Assembly (NCBI GenBank): GCA_030248215.1
Contig: JASANG010002365.1
Coordinates: 1-64,000, forward strand
Direction: 5' to 3'
Length of the DNA stretch: 64,000 bases
Origin: Enoplolaimus lenunculus
Taxonomy: Eukaryota
This document shows positions 24,302 to 39,700 of the stretch, in pieces; position 1 is the stretch's first letter, and every line of letters starts with the position of its first letter. The notes beneath the pieces were generated by a model. It was not told the origin of the DNA and made no database searches. It saw only the letters and a list, made by a program, of their open reading frames with translations. The position numbers and the translations under genes were made by a program.

Positions 24302-27300
24302 TCAAGCTTTCGTGCAATTCCTTGGACACGAAGATATAAAATCAGACAGTTGTTTGTACGGAGGAATAATATTATAAAGCCGTTGAGAGAGACGAAATTC
24401 AAAACGGTCATCTACGCATTTGACCTGAAAAATAAGCCAATTGAACAATCGTAGCCAGAATTCTGGTTTGACCAGGTCTCAGTTAATTACTTACCTAGAA
24501 ATGGTTTCGTTTTTAATATATATATTGGTCTACAATTTAGTTATTACCGAAATTTTAAATTTGTCAAATCATTGACGAATAGCATAGAAGTTTACACAAA
24601 TTTAGGTCCATGTATAGCACAGGGCCTGATCGTTCTCCGGAGGTGCTATAATACAGCCAATTTAAGCTCTAGACTAATTTTTTTCGCTTAGGTTTAGGCT
24701 TAGGCTTAGGAATATGCTTATACTACTGTTCCGGCCCTGTTCTATACATGGGTCCAAATTGAAATCTTACAAGTACTTGCAGTTTTACGATGTCAATATT
24801 TGTTGCAGGTGCAATTTTTTTAACCAGGACAAAATGTAACTATGCCGGCCATAAGCTATCAACTCAGATAAGACTTAATTAGGGTTCAAACTTTTCTAAT
24901 CATTCACTGCTATAAGTCGGCCGTCTGAGACCAACTTTAGGTGTGTTTTGCTTATTCTGTTACTTATGTTATGTGTATTTCACTAGCAATTAATACATGC
25001 CAGCGTAGTTCGGTGCTTAATACGAGCTTTTCTGTCAAAAAGTAAAATATTATTTAACAAAACTGTCAAAATAACTAAAAGAACGCAAAGCAACCTCTGA
25101 TCTAAAATACGCCTTTTCGGATATTGAATTAAATTTCAAATTATAGCCCCTACTTTCGATTTGTTATATTTTCTTGTGACTCGTGTAAAGATCAGGGGCG
25201 GAACGTTTTTCTAGAGGGACTGCAATAGAGTAAGCTTAAGCTTTAGAGTAATTTTTTGCTTGGCTTAGACTTAGGCTTAGACTTAGGAATATGCTCGTTC
25301 TTACGCTTAGGCTTAGGCATAGGCTAAGGCTAAGGCTTACGAATATACTCATAATACTGTTCCGCCCCAATCCTTTACACCAGCCAGCATACCTAAGAAA
25401 TTCAGCAACTTCTACTGAAGCTTTAATTGACTAAACCTGCGTAAACAAGCCTAAGCGAAAAAAATAGTCTAAAGTTTAAGCTTACTCTATTGCAGTGATA
25501 CAGAAATACGTTCCGCCCCTGATCTTTACATGGACCTGTTTACCTTAGTATCTAAGAGTTGACCGGTTTTGCAAATTTGTTTGGCACTAAACCCAATATT
25601 ATTTCGCGCATTGCTTCCGATAACCCAAACGTGGATTCGGCTCCTTTGTGAATTCTTTGGTAAAATATACTCCTACAAAACTAAAGTTTGACTGAGCGAA
25701 TATCAAGAGTGAACATTGAACAAAATGTAGCTACTACATTCTGTGTAGAAAAGAATTTATCCAGCACGCGTTGTGTTATCGCGTTCAAATTAACGATTAC
25801 CTGAAACACGTAGCGATACCAAATATTCTAATTTTTTGACGGTTTTATGCTTTTTTTGACCAATGTTACTTTAATGGGCGTAACAGTAGATTAAGCCTAA
25901 GCCTAAGCCTAAGCGTTGCCAAAATGTGTTTCTAAGCCTAAGCCTAAGCCTAAGCGTTGCAAAAATGTGTTCCTAAGCCTAAGCCTAAGCAAAAAAATGT
26001 AATCTAGAATCTAAACTTACTGTTTTATGGACCCACCAGAAACCTGGACGCCCCTTAAAGTAACAACGGCCCTGTTTTTGATGCATTAATACAAAATTAC
26101 ACGTTCGAACAACATAACATTTGCGGCCAATGTTGTTGCTGTAACACTGTACTTAGCATATTGCTAAATCCACTCCTTATGTCTCCACATTAGGACAAGT
26201 CTAAAAATCGGCAAAAGACTGCCTAATCCTAAGCATAAGCAAAAATAACTAAAGCACTATAGCCTGCGCTATTGCAGCTTAGCGGAAAAACAAGACCTCA
26301 GAAAAAATAATATGAACCACAGATGAGACAATAAAATATACTTACATCATAATAATCTATTACGTTTTGTTTCGTTATCTTCTGCAAATCTTTCTTTTCT
26401 TGGTTTCCTGAAACAAGTGTTGTGAAATGAGAATTAAAACAATAGTTTTTTAGATTGCTTATGAATAAATAAATAAATCAATCAATAAATAAATAAATAA
26501 ATATATATTTGTTTGTTTGTTTATTTTTTTATTTATTTGTTTATTTATTTATTTATTTGTTTATTTATTTATTCATTTATTTATTTATTTATTTATTTAT
26601 TTATTCATTTATTTATTTATTTATTGATTTATTTATTTATTTCCTCTGACTAGTAACTATTTGTCTCTTTATCGACAAAAGTTTCATGATTACTAGAAAT
26701 CTTGAACACCGTCAATTTGTTACAAAATGACTAATTTTTTCAAACTTAAAAAACTTGAAGTCAAAAAATTCCTCAGCTGCGATCAGAAAACAATTAGCGA
26801 CTTTTTACTTCGATCAAACTTATAATCTCGAGACGATATTTCGCTCCAGTACAACGCAGTTTGAAATGCCATTTGTTTTGGTTCTTCGAATCGTTTCGTT
26901 GAATACGCGGTACGTTTCTGTTTAAATTCTTTGTCGGTCAAATCTGCCAATGTTTGCTAAAACCGAAACTTACGGCATAATCTCAAGCCTCAGTGTTCGA
27001 TTAAGTTTCACTAAAAGTCGAATTCAACTTTAGTTAAACTATAATTTCAGTTTTAGTTTTTAGAAAGTAAGAATAGACAACGTTAGTACGTGCAAAAAAA
27101 TAAAGCAAAGCCAAAAAAATGGCAGAATTTTTCAATGTAACAAAATGTTGCCACCTATAATTTCATACACTTACCACTGGCGGAGGGGAACGGTTGGTTA
27201 TCAAACCCTTGCCCCCCCCCCCCTCAACTGCGACCAAAACAAAAATTGTGCATCATTAAGGGTTGCGTTATACTTTTCTGACGTCCGGCGCTGTCCGTCA

Positions 27301-30300
27301 CCCGTACGGCGCCATCCGTCACCTCTCAGTAACCGGCATGTCCGTCACGGATGACGGACAGCGCCGGACGTCAAGTATAGCGCAACACCTAAGTATTAGC
27401 ACTAAAATTGCATTTGGCTTCTTTCTTACTCGTTAACTGTTACACTGCTATACATCGTCCCAACCCCGCCGACAAAAATTTCTGGATCCGTCAACTGGCA
27501 CTTACTCTAAAATCAGTCAAAAATTGTTCAATTTTCTCTTCAACATATTCCGGCGTAGAATCTGATTGGATAATCACCAAAAATCCAGTAACACCTTCCA
27601 TTACAATACTGCTCGCGCTGACAATATAGCCTAAAACAATGCAGTACTCATCTGTTATTCGGTTACGGATTGTTATTTATTTTTTAATTCAACCAATGAT
27701 AGTTGGACGCAACACCCAACGTTCTTCTACATTCTTTCTGTTGGGCAGGACAATTGACTTACTTCAAAGCGTTTTTATTGATTACCATATCCGTTAATGT
27801 TTTTTCTAGATATAATAAATTATATGCGAGTTGTCTGAGTGTCTGTCACACAGGCTGCAAGTACTGCTTCAAAAATGCTTCCAGAGATTTTGGGGCTGAA
27901 ACTTTTGATGAATATCTGCAAAGAATTTCATGTATCAAAAGCCTTGCAAATCGAATTAATTCAAGATCATTGGCATAACTGAATACACACAGTTTTGGAT
28001 TGATTATTATTGCAATCGTTTGAAAATTATTTACATAATTTCATGTCAACATTGAGAACGAAAATTTTTTATTTCTTTGCAAATATTTGCAGTTGCAAGT
28101 TTTTCGTGCAAGTTACAGCTCTTATCGGAATATCGTCGGGTGTTGATTGTAATGTAGTAAATCGATATATATTTGTCGCGTATTGGCGTACCACAAGCAG
28201 CTTAAATTAAAATATTATTTCCCACTCCCTAAAAGCTTCAACTAACTTGATTTAAGCTTAAGCTAATCCATTAGTATTAAACTAACTTTCTAGAATAACT
28301 AAACTAACGAGTAGGTTTATGCTTAAGCTAATTTAAAATCTTACGCATTTTTAGTTTAAGCTAAAGTTAGTGAATTTTTTGAAACGCATAATTTCAGGGC
28401 TGCGCTTGTTACTTTAAACCAAAAATAAATTTACTTAAACTCGCGTTAAACTTAAAAATTTGCTAGTTTAAGTAAAACTTAAAATTCTAGTTTAGTTAAT
28501 CCGTCCAGCCATTTGAGTTTTACTTTAAACCAGAATACAAGTTCAGTTAAGCTATAATTTAAGTTTAAGCTTTTAGAGAGTATTGGTTTAAAATTTAACT
28601 CCAAGACTATCTTAAGTGTTGATTTTTTGAAACGTTTCACAAATGCAGTCATATTGTTCAACTTTACCGAGTTGTTGTTTGGTTCTCAATTCGTTAAATA
28701 TTGGTTCAGCAACGATGCTTTCCAATAGACCAACTGTCAATCGTGATTGCACAGATGTTGTATTTCCTTGATAATATACCATAACTGCAGAATCGAGATC
28801 AGTCGGATGTTGTTTGTAGTGCAAATAGTTGCTTCCTAGCAAAAAAATTGCAATTTTAATTGCATTAATTACATTAATCTAACGTATAATTATGTTAATA
28901 ACAGGTCACATGTTTAAAAAATAAATTACTTTGAACATAATTCATTTTTTTGTAAACGCTAACTACACTGTAAATTGCGGTGAGTTGATTTTAACTCCGA
29001 GCGAGTTGAATCACTCAGCCTGAGTTAGGACTATCAAAACTCTTAATTCTGAGTTAATATTCAACTCATTCTGATTAAAATTAAAAAAACTCCCTCGGAA
29101 TCAACTCAACTCAGAGTGATAATTAACTCAACTCAGGGTGAGTTAAAGTTTACTGTTATTATCTCAGAAAAAAACTGACTTTCCGTCCGAGTTGAATAAT
29201 TAACTCATTAGAATATACAGTGTACAGTAAATATCGGCACTTAATGACGGATATTTACTATAAATCAGTGAAAGCGAACATTGATAAATTCCAGTGAATT
29301 GATTTTAATTCAAAATCAGCTGAATCACTGAGTCTGAATTTAGGTCTTTCACAACTAAGCATACTGAATTCATTGAACTTATGCTTAGGCAATTAATTAA
29401 CGCACACGGAATTGAATTAGCTCACAGCAAAGTTGATGTATCCTGTTATTAACTAAAACATAACAATAACCACAAATGACTATTTTAATTTATTCGTTGT
29501 CTGTGTTGATTAATCAACTCACTGGAACCTACAGTAAACTGTTTGCAGTTTCAAATTTGGAATGTAATTTATTCTGACTAAAATTCAATTTAGAAACTAG
29601 TAATTTCTAAAATACTGTATAAGATAAAGTCAACATTGTTTTAATTGCTGTTAAAATGATTTCTATGTTCAAATATTAGCTTCATAGAGAAAAAATGTAT
29701 TGTTATACAGTATGGCTTACACCGTGAATTAAACAATATAGTAAAGCAAATGACTTTACAGTTTGTCAATTACCAATCAATTACTATGGTAATTTGAAGT
29801 TGTAGCCAATGTAAAGGACAGGAGTGGAACAGTATTATAAGCATATTCCTAAGCCTAAGCCTAAGCCTAGGCCTAAGCGTGAGAATGAGCATATACCTAA
29901 GCCTAAGCTTAAACGTATATAAGCGTAACAATGACCATATTTCTAAGCCTAAGCCTAACCCTACGCGGAAGCGTAAGAATGAAGATATTCCTAAACTTAA
30001 GCCTAAGCCTGAGCCAAGCAAAACAACTAGTCTATAGCTTAAGTTTTCTATATTGCAGTTTCATAGGAAAACGTTCCGCCCCTGATCTTTACATTGGTCG
30101 AAGTGGTAAACCATTTTATTTCCATGGTATAAATATTTACCTGGTAACAGCTGAACCGTTCGACTTCGAACGCGTTGTGCAACATCAAACGGTACCGCTT
30201 GAGTTTGATTGTGAATAATATCTTCTACTGAATTGGCAATTTTTAAAATGTTCTAAAAATAAAATTTTTAAGTTAATTTTTTCCTAATTTATTACGTCAT

Positions 30301-30716
30301 GTCACTTTATTTACAATTTTACAAAAAGCCATTTTGTTGATTTCACAAACTTACAAGCGTCACTGAAACTTTTCGGCCCATGTAAATATCAGGGGCGGAA
30401 CGTTTTTCTGTGGGACTGCAATAGAGTAAGCTTAAGCTTTAGACTAATGGTTTTGCTTGGCTAAGGTTTACTCTTAGGCTTAGGTTAGGAATACGCTAAT
30501 TGTTACGTTTAGGCTTAGGCTTAAGCTTAGGAATTTCCTTATAATACTGTTCCGCCCGTGTTCTTTACATTGGCCAACTTTCTAAGGGGCCAATATTGTT
30601 CTAGATGAAGATGACTTGCCCCTCGCTTACATTTGGCTACCGGCTTAATCTAACTCGGCAGCATTTGGCAGCGTACAGTGAGTAACAGTAAGCCTTTTAT
30701 TTATATATTAAAACAC

Positions 30717-30777
<61 letters not shown>

Positions 30778-33700
30778 ATACTCGACATAAACAAATTTAT
30801 CAGAAAAATTAACACAGTGAGTAAAAGGGCCACTGTTACTTTTAGGGGCGTAAAAGTAGATTAAGCGTATTCCTAAGCGCAAGCCTACGCCTAAGCGTTG
30901 CGAAAATGTGTTCTTAAGCCTACGTTTAAGCCTAAGCCTAAGCAAAAAAAGTAATCTAGAATCTAAACCTACTCTTTTATAGACACACCAGAAACCTGGA
31001 CGCCCCTTAAAGTAACATGAGCCATTAAAAGTATACCTCTCGTTTAACATTCCCTGAACCAAAAATATCAATATGCAATTGAGACAGAAACAGTGGCACA
31101 TAATTGAGGATTCGGTCAAGTGAAATTTCTGAAACATTTAAAAAAATATTGAAACATTGAACTCACCGCCGTTCTGCAACTAATTACAATTAGTCGTCAA
31201 ACTTTGCGCAATATGCAAATGTTAGCGAATGCATAAATAGATTTATGCACATTTTTTAACGTCTAAGTGCTACGAAACTATTGTTAACTGCTGGAAACTT
31301 GTCCAAAATACGTATGTGCGGCATCCCAGGTTTAATTATTTAGATAATGTAGCATTTAATAACGAAATTCATACAAAATTGAATGATTACAGCCGTATGC
31401 AAGTTTTACAGCATAACATTTGCTATTTGCCAAATTTGTCTACATCTGTGGTGTGTATACAGTGTACAAACCCATAAATACCTTGTAATAACTCAGTGTT
31501 TGCGCCATGCCCAAAACCTGCCGAATGCGCAACAATCTGCATGCAAAGTTTCTTTTCATTGAACAATAACGTTTGTGATTTAAGAAAATATCGTAAACAA
31601 AGTAATGCTATAAAGTTGCCCAAAATACGTATTTGGCAACATTTCAGCTTTAATGATATAGATAAGTAATTTATAGTTACTGTGAGTTTCAGCCAAAGCG
31701 TCATCTACAGTCCATCCACCCGTTTGTAACAGTTCAGTCATAAATGTACTCGCTTGTTCTAAAGCTGATGCTACGGCAAAATTTTTCAAACCTCTAACAA
31801 AACGTTCCTGAAATAGGGTTATGTCTAAAATGTTCGCTTGCGAGACTTTGTTCTCAATGCCATGCTTAGTGGGTGTACGCCCGTAACCAGCTCAATTTGC
31901 TGGGGAAGCTAAAATATATTAAAGAGATGCATACAGTGGTTTTCGTTCACTTACGACCAAAGTTGAAAGTTTTCTAGGGGCGGCCAAAGTCATTCCCGGG
32001 GGCTAAGCACCGCTCTCAGGCTCTCAGTCCCCCCTTCCACTCAGGCAACGGGCATGAGTGGATCAGAACATGCCCTTCAAAGGACAATGTGCACTGTAAA
32101 TTCTAGTGAGTTGATTTTAACTCAAATGAGTTGAATCACTCAGTGTTGAGTTAAGACTATCAGAACTCACAATTGTGTGTTTATTCAACTCATTCTAACT
32201 TAATTCATCACCTCCCCAGAAGTCAACTCAACTCATCGTAAGAATTAACTCAACTCAAAGTAAGAATCAACTCAATTCAGAGTGAGTTAAAGTGTACTGT
32301 TATTAACGCAGAAATAACTAACTTTGTGTCAGAGTTAATTAATTAACTCATTGGAATTTACAGTGTGAGTGGATCCAAAAGTCAGTAAAACCCCAGCATA
32401 GACTTATTTTAAGATTTGTGTGGTTTTCTGGTCGACTAAAAACAATTACATAATACCGTTGTTTTGAATGTTTAAGAGCAAACGGGATACACCACAAGAC
32501 CATCGCGAGCTAAGCGAACCAGAAACCAGACGAAATTTATTTATCCAATTGAAAAGTTTAACGCAAAAATAAATTATATTTTTAAATTTTGAGACGTACA
32601 AAGCACAACAAAAGTTTGTTCAAAAGATTTAAATAAAAAACATTTAACTGTAAGCTTTTATTCATACTTGTACATTTTTCCGACCGCAAGCTTAAGACTT
32701 AAAAATCTAAGCCTAATCATAAAGCCTAAATAGAGCCAAAATCGCAAAAAATTTCAAAATTAACAACGGAAAATGTAATAAGTCTTTGTATCTATAACTT
32801 ACCTTCATGACTTCAAATCTGTCTTCAGTGGGGTTGAAATCCGTTAAGCGTCGTAAAAGTTGTTGCATAAGCAAGCCTAAAAATAATTTTTACTGGTCAA
32901 CTTGGTTGCAATACTTGCAGCCGGCGCAAACTTATTTAGCAGGGTGCAATCGGAATTTCAATTCCGATTAGAATTTCGATTCAAAACAAGTTTCGATTCC
33001 GATTCGGATTCCGATTGCACAATCATTCGAAATCAGAATTTCCACAGTTTAATTTTAGGCCTACTTGTTGTGATATGTTGTACAAACATGCTGGATCATT
33101 TATCGACTAAACTGTTTTCGACATGTTAACTTATCAATAACTGATTGTAGTTTAGCTTTACAGAGCTAAAAATTATTGCCAATTTGTTCGTGCGACGTCT
33201 TTGAGAATTGTTGCCAGCTATCAGACATTCTATATCAATATTATACTTAGTTAATACAAATTATCCGCATAGTCACAAATTTTGTAGTTCCGATTCCGAT
33301 TTCGATTCCGGTATCAATTTGGTGTGCCGATTCCGATTATGGTATAATCCTGTTCCGCTTTGCACCCTGCTATTTAGCACTGAACTGTTGTCACGCACCT
33401 AAAAATCTTCTTATAGAACAATATTTAAACAAAAGTTAAAAAATGCTACTTAAAACTATGAAATTTAATGTTAATTTTACATATATAAAATCAGCGGAAA
33501 CAGTGCCAAAAATACGTATGTGGGTCGTTCTGAACCTCACTCTTACTGTACGAACTGAGCATTTATGCTGTGTCTCATTTCAGGCTTGAACTGGGGTCAA
33601 GAAAAGAGTTGCATCATTGAATAAGTTTGACAAGATTATTTCTGTTAATCTTTAATAGTTGCAGTGAAAAATTAAGCTTAAAAAAAGTGTATGCACTCAA

Positions 33701-36700
33701 GTAAATTGACACCGCCCGCGCCAAATTAGAAGCCTGTGACGGCGAAGTGCGGCGATTTTTAATAAAAAATTTGGCAAAGTCGCTAATTTTCATTTTCATG
33801 CAAGTTGCGTACAAATTATAAACAATAACCAAGCTTATGAGATTCGCTGGAGTCATTAGCGGACCCATGAGAAGGGGCGGGGTAGAACGTACGCCCCAGT
33901 CATAATTTTTTGGTGCACTGGTTATGTGAGTCGATTTCTGTTTAACCCTTTATCACATGAATATTTTCTATTTCATCTGAGACCTAATTTTATGCTAGGA
34001 TTCGAACTCGGGTGACTGGAGTGGGAGGCGTATACCATCACCACTGAGCTATAAGAGCTTGACGCTCGAGCCCGAGGGTGCTCTCACGTCTTGTGGTGAT
34101 TTAGTACTATGTAAACGTTTTGCAATTGTTGAACACTATGCGAATATGATTTAACGTATATACACTGCGCTAAGTTGCCCATAGTCAACTCTATGTGAGA
34201 AACGGTTAATTCTCAAAAGCTTATAGCGGGGTTACCTTGTTTTTCTGGAAATCCACTCACATCAACTACGATACCGTCATACGTTGTTGCAACATCATAA
34301 TCAAGTCCGGCTTTTATTGCAGCAAAAAAGTCGTGTAATAAATTGTCGTGCAACATCGACATGTAAATTTCCATCATTGCTTCGTGCAACGAGTTGGCTG
34401 CCGCGAACGGAGTTGTAAGCTAAAACCATTTCCATATTCAACGTTAACCCCTGTAACGCTTGCGTTATAATTTTCGTGCGGCGACGTGCGGCATCATACG
34501 GTATCGTGCGTGAGAAATTCGTGTAAGATACGCATGGTGACGTACGATGATAGACGGCACTCGACATAGTCAAAAGGGCTCGTGTTACTTTAAGGCGCGT
34601 CCAGGTTTCTGGTTGGTCCATAAAAGAGTACGCTTAGATTCTAAATTACATTTTTTGTTTAGGTTTGGGCTTAGGCTTAGGAACACATTTTTGAAACGCT
34701 TATGCTTAGGCTTAGACGTAGGAATACGTTTAATCTACTGTTACGACCATTAAAGTAACGTCGGCTATCAAAAGTATAGCGTAACTCTAAGGCTAAGCGT
34801 GGCTGGAACCTCACTGGGATTGAGTCATTGTTTCGGACACTCGGGAAAAATATGAGGTCACTAATTCAAGTGGTAAATACTTCGCGATGCCAAGAACTCG
34901 TTTTTTGTAAGCTTACCTTCACTGTGACAGAAGCCTTTGGAATAAGAAACTTTTTGTCTTGGTGATACCAAACGGTGCTTATATCGTTTGCTCGTATCAA
35001 TTCTGGCATTTCTGGATTGATCAAATCGCGTTTAGATAAACTTGTATCGGTTGCAATGAATTCGTTTGGTTCAGGCAATTTTAGTTGACGATTAAGTTCT
35101 ACCGATTTGATTGATTGCAACAGTGTCGCGTTAATCAATTCAACGCTATACGAAACGTTGTACCTTAAAATTGTTTTTGAAAAAAATACGAAATTAAATT
35201 TTGTAAACATTTTCAAAATACTAAATGTTTTTTTGGCCATTTGAAGTAAAATTACATTTTGTTTTCTCAAAAAAAACTCTGTAAAACATTTTCAAAATTT
35301 TGACGTTTTTACAAAATTACTGTAAATATTGCGATAATACTAAATGTTTGTCTATTTGATGGAAAGTTAGTTTTTTCCTCAACATTTCTGTACATATTTT
35401 CAAATTGAAGTAAATACAGATTTTTTCTCAAAATTTCTGTAAATATTTTCAAAATACTAAATTTTTGTCTATTTGAAGCAAAATTAATTTTTTCTCAAAA
35501 TTTCTGTAAATATTTTCAAAATAGTAATTTATTACCTATTGAAGTAAAATTAATTTCATTCTCAAAATTTCTATAAATATTTTCAAAATACTAAACTTTT
35601 TTACTCATTTGGTGTAAAATTAATTTTTTTCGCTAGTTTTAAACCGGAAATAATTTAGCTCTGTCGACTATAAAGAACCTACTCAGAAATAGTGATGGTA
35701 AGATTCAAAAAAGTATTAGCTCTTCACCAATGCTTAAAGAGAAATGACTCAGGTAGGATACTGGAATGCTGACCCATGTAAAAGATCAGGGGTGAAACGT
35801 TTTTCTATGGGCCTGCAATAGAGTAAGCTTAAGCTTTAGACTGTAATTTTATTGCATAGGCTTAGACATACATAAAAACTCATTCTTACGCTTAGGATTA
35901 GGTTTAGGCTTAGGCTTAGAAATATGTTTATACTACTGTTACAACCTCGTTCTTTACTTTGGCCAGAATACCGGTTTAAACTGCGGATTTTTTTCCTGAT
36001 GGATTTTGTCTGGAATTTAAATATCCGCCAGGAGAAAAATCCGCTGTTATACCGGCTAAAATTCAACATAATTTGTCACATGTATTGGGCAAACAAAAAC
36101 TGAAAACTCGCATAAATCGCATATTTTAAAACATTTTTTAATCAAAGTTAGCATATTTGGAAAGTTTGTGAAAATGTTAACGTATCAATTTTCGTTACCA
36201 TTTTTCAGTCTGATCAAGCTCATCTTTGAATCGATCCGAATATTCGTAAACGACAACGTTTTCCGGGTGGAAATACATTAAAAACCGTTCAATTTGATCC
36301 GGTCGGTATTCAGGCATCGTGTAAAACGCTTCTAATACCTGGAATAGATTGAAATATAAACATAAGTACATTAATATGAATGACTATTAAATTTTTAAAC
36401 TCTTTGCAATAAAATTGGTGTCAAAGTTTGCTTACAGCCCCATTCACACGTGCAAGTTTTTGTAGCGAAAACTCGCAGATGCAACATTGCTTGAAATATT
36501 TGCAGCTATAAGTATTTCCAAAAGGAACATTCCTCTGATTGAGCAATTAAACTGCAAGTGCAATAAATTCAAGCGAATTACAACTGTGTTCACAAGCTCG
36601 AATTAAATAGCAGAATTCATGTGAATAATTTGCAGCTGCAAGAACTTCAAAACTGCTTTGTGACCAAACTTGCACGTGTGAATAGGGCTTTATAGACTGT

Positions 36701-39700
36701 AAGCTCCGGTGAATTGAGTTTAATTCAGAATGAGTTGAATCACTGAGTCTGAATTAGGTCTGTCAGAACTCAGAATTTTAAATCGAATGAATTTATTCTG
36801 GGTAATTTAATGAACTTACCCGGAAATAAATCTGCGCTGAGTAAGTTATTATTCACTGTTATGTACTCAAAAATAGCCCGAAAGAAATGACTAATTCGTT
36901 CTCTGCATTAATTAATCAACTCATTGGAATTTACAGTGTAACTGATTTTATGCCCACGGCGGCTGCAAGTTAAAATTCAATTTTAAGTTAATTTTGTTCC
37001 GATATGTTCAAATACGTTAATTCGTTTGTGAGTACCACAAGTCTGGATCACAGCAGTTCAGTTTGCCGTGTCCTTTACAAATGGTCCGCAAGGACACATG
37101 TAACCACAAAATATACCCTGAGATACGTTTTTATGCGGACTGGTTAACGTGACTGCGGATGCTAGCTGATCCAGAGGGGAAGTGAGGGTCGGCTGTCCGT
37201 CAGAAAATTTTTTGTGATAAAATGGTTATTGTCCTACCTACTTTACAATTTTTTCGTCTCCGTAAGGTTAGCACATAGCATACAGTAAAAATTGCGTTTC
37301 ATAACTTTTGCCAACCCGGCCGCGAATTTTCTGGATCAACCGCTGACTGCGGAACCAGTATGTGACCTTGTGTAATAAAAACTTGCATGTCGAAATATTG
37401 CAATATCCGCGTGTTCGCATAAACATTAGCACATGAATTCTGCAACTTCAGGTTAAAATTGTTGCAAAAGTACCAGCAAACACTTGATTACATTTTCGTC
37501 CCATGTATACAACACGGCCGGAACTGTAGTATAAGCATTATTCCTAAGCGTAAGCTTAAGCGTACGCCTAAGCGTAAGGATGAACCTATTCCTAAGCCTA
37601 AGCCTAAGCCTAAGCATAAGGATGAGCCTATTCCTACGCCTAAGCCTAAGCATATGGTTGAGCCTATTCCTAAGCCTAAGCTTAAGCCTAAGCAAAAAAG
37701 TGTAAAGTCAAATGCTTAAACTGAGACTATTACAGCCTCCGCCGGAAAACGATCTGGCCCTGTTCATGGGCCATTATTTTCTATGATTAGGCTTCGTACC
37801 TCGGTGAAATTGAATTTACTCAAACCGCTGGCCAAAGTTGCCACAAGACCAACTGGATCCTCTTTTTCTTTGGTTCTAAAATTTAATCCCGTTTTCAAAT
37901 TACAATAAATTGTCAGTGAGTTGATTTTAATTCAAAATAAGTTGAATCACTGAGTCGAGTCTGAATTACGACTTTTAGAGCACAAAATTAACGAATTGAT
38001 TAAACTGCATTCCGAATTAAAATCAGCTCAGAGTGAGTAAATGTTTACTGTTATTAAAACTCAGAAATAATCAGGAATGACTTTAGGAACCGTTATCATT
38101 TTGATGACGCCCGGCGCCGTCCGTAATCACACGTACATCGCCTTCTGTCATTCATACGGCACCGTACGTCACTCGTACGGCACCCGTCCGGCACCGTGCA
38201 TCATGGTACAGTATCGTATGCGAGTTAGTCACGTACCATACCGTATGATGACGGACGGCGTCGTACGGGAGACGGACGGCGCCGTACGACAAGTATAGAC
38301 GCAACCCTGATTTGTTCTCTAAGTTGATTAATCAACTCACTGGAATTTTCACTGAATGATTTCACCTAAAGAGACACATCATTGGCCGATTTAGGGCTGA
38401 TTGGCGTGTGTATGGTTCCACCAGCCAATGAATGCTGTGGATTTTTTTCAATGCAAATGGTTAGTTTTTTTTCTAGCTAAATAGTTCAAAAAATATGACG
38501 TTGATAAAATCCAACGTAATAAATCTTGTGGGTATTCGTTAACAATTGGTCTTATGCAAAACTTGTGACACGTTTTTGTAAATGGCATAAAATAAAAAGT
38601 GCAATATATATTGCAAAACTGCACTAGTATATATATACATATTGCAAAACTGCACTAATATATATTGCAAAACTGCACTAATATAATATATATTGCAAAA
38701 CTGCACTAATATAATATATATTGCAAAACTGCACTATAAAAACTTACTCAAATTCAATGCGTGCAATTTTCGCCGCTTCTCGATGGATTCGTTCTTGTGG
38801 ACCAGCTTGTTTCATAAGCTTTAAGTATTCGAAAACAGCTTGAGTAATGTCGTCAACGTGTGATTTGCCCGATTCGGTTAACGTGATTGCAATTTTGCCA
38901 AATCCAAAGCCTTTACTGACATGAGCTATAAAAAATAAGCGTAAAACGGTCATTCAACAGTTTTAAACATTCATTCACAACCTACAACGTGAGCCTGTAT
39001 TCTCAAATGTGTATAGCACCTATCACCAGTTGGTGATTGATAAGGTTCGAAATTCAGCACATTGTTTGCGTTTGTCCTACTTTTACACTAATTTTCTGAT
39101 CTGCAAATGCAGTTGTTCGTCAGTTTGAAAATCTATCGCTAACTGATAAAATAGGTACTATACAAATTTGAGAATATGGGCCCAGAGGTTAGTTGAAAGG
39201 CGGCTCGTAGCTAGCTCACATTGCAAAGAGTCGGGGGCTAAAACTTATTCTGAACGGGCATACAAGGGTTTTCAATGACTTACAAGTCAGGTTGAAATTT
39301 TCTAGGAGGGCTATAATTTTTTCGGGGGCCTGAAACCCCGTGCCCCCCTTGGCGACGGGTTCGGTTGTAAGCCTGAAAGAGTAACGTTTCGTGAACATAT
39401 TTCACCTTTCGCTACGAGACAATCATAGAGAGGTAACTAGCGCAACGCTGTAATTTTAAGTACTATTCGCGGCACTAGTATAGTTTCTCTCGACTATCTC
39501 AATCATAAGCCTAAGCCTAAGCCTAAGCTAAACATACCAAAATTTGAAAATTTAGAAAGTAGTTAGCATTTCGCTTTTAAAAGGATCCTAGCATACTAGG
39601 GTGGCGCAATAACTGTGCAGCGCCGTCCGTCGCTGTCCATCGCCGTACATCCCTGTCCGTCGCCGTCTATCGCCGTACATCCCTGTCCGTCGCCGTCCAT

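Noticed and set aside
37453..37719. LRLRLR / PKPKPK ORFs (also near 29770-30218 and 50742-51093)
   Set aside because: Translations of TTAGGC/GCCTAA arrays in MITEs.
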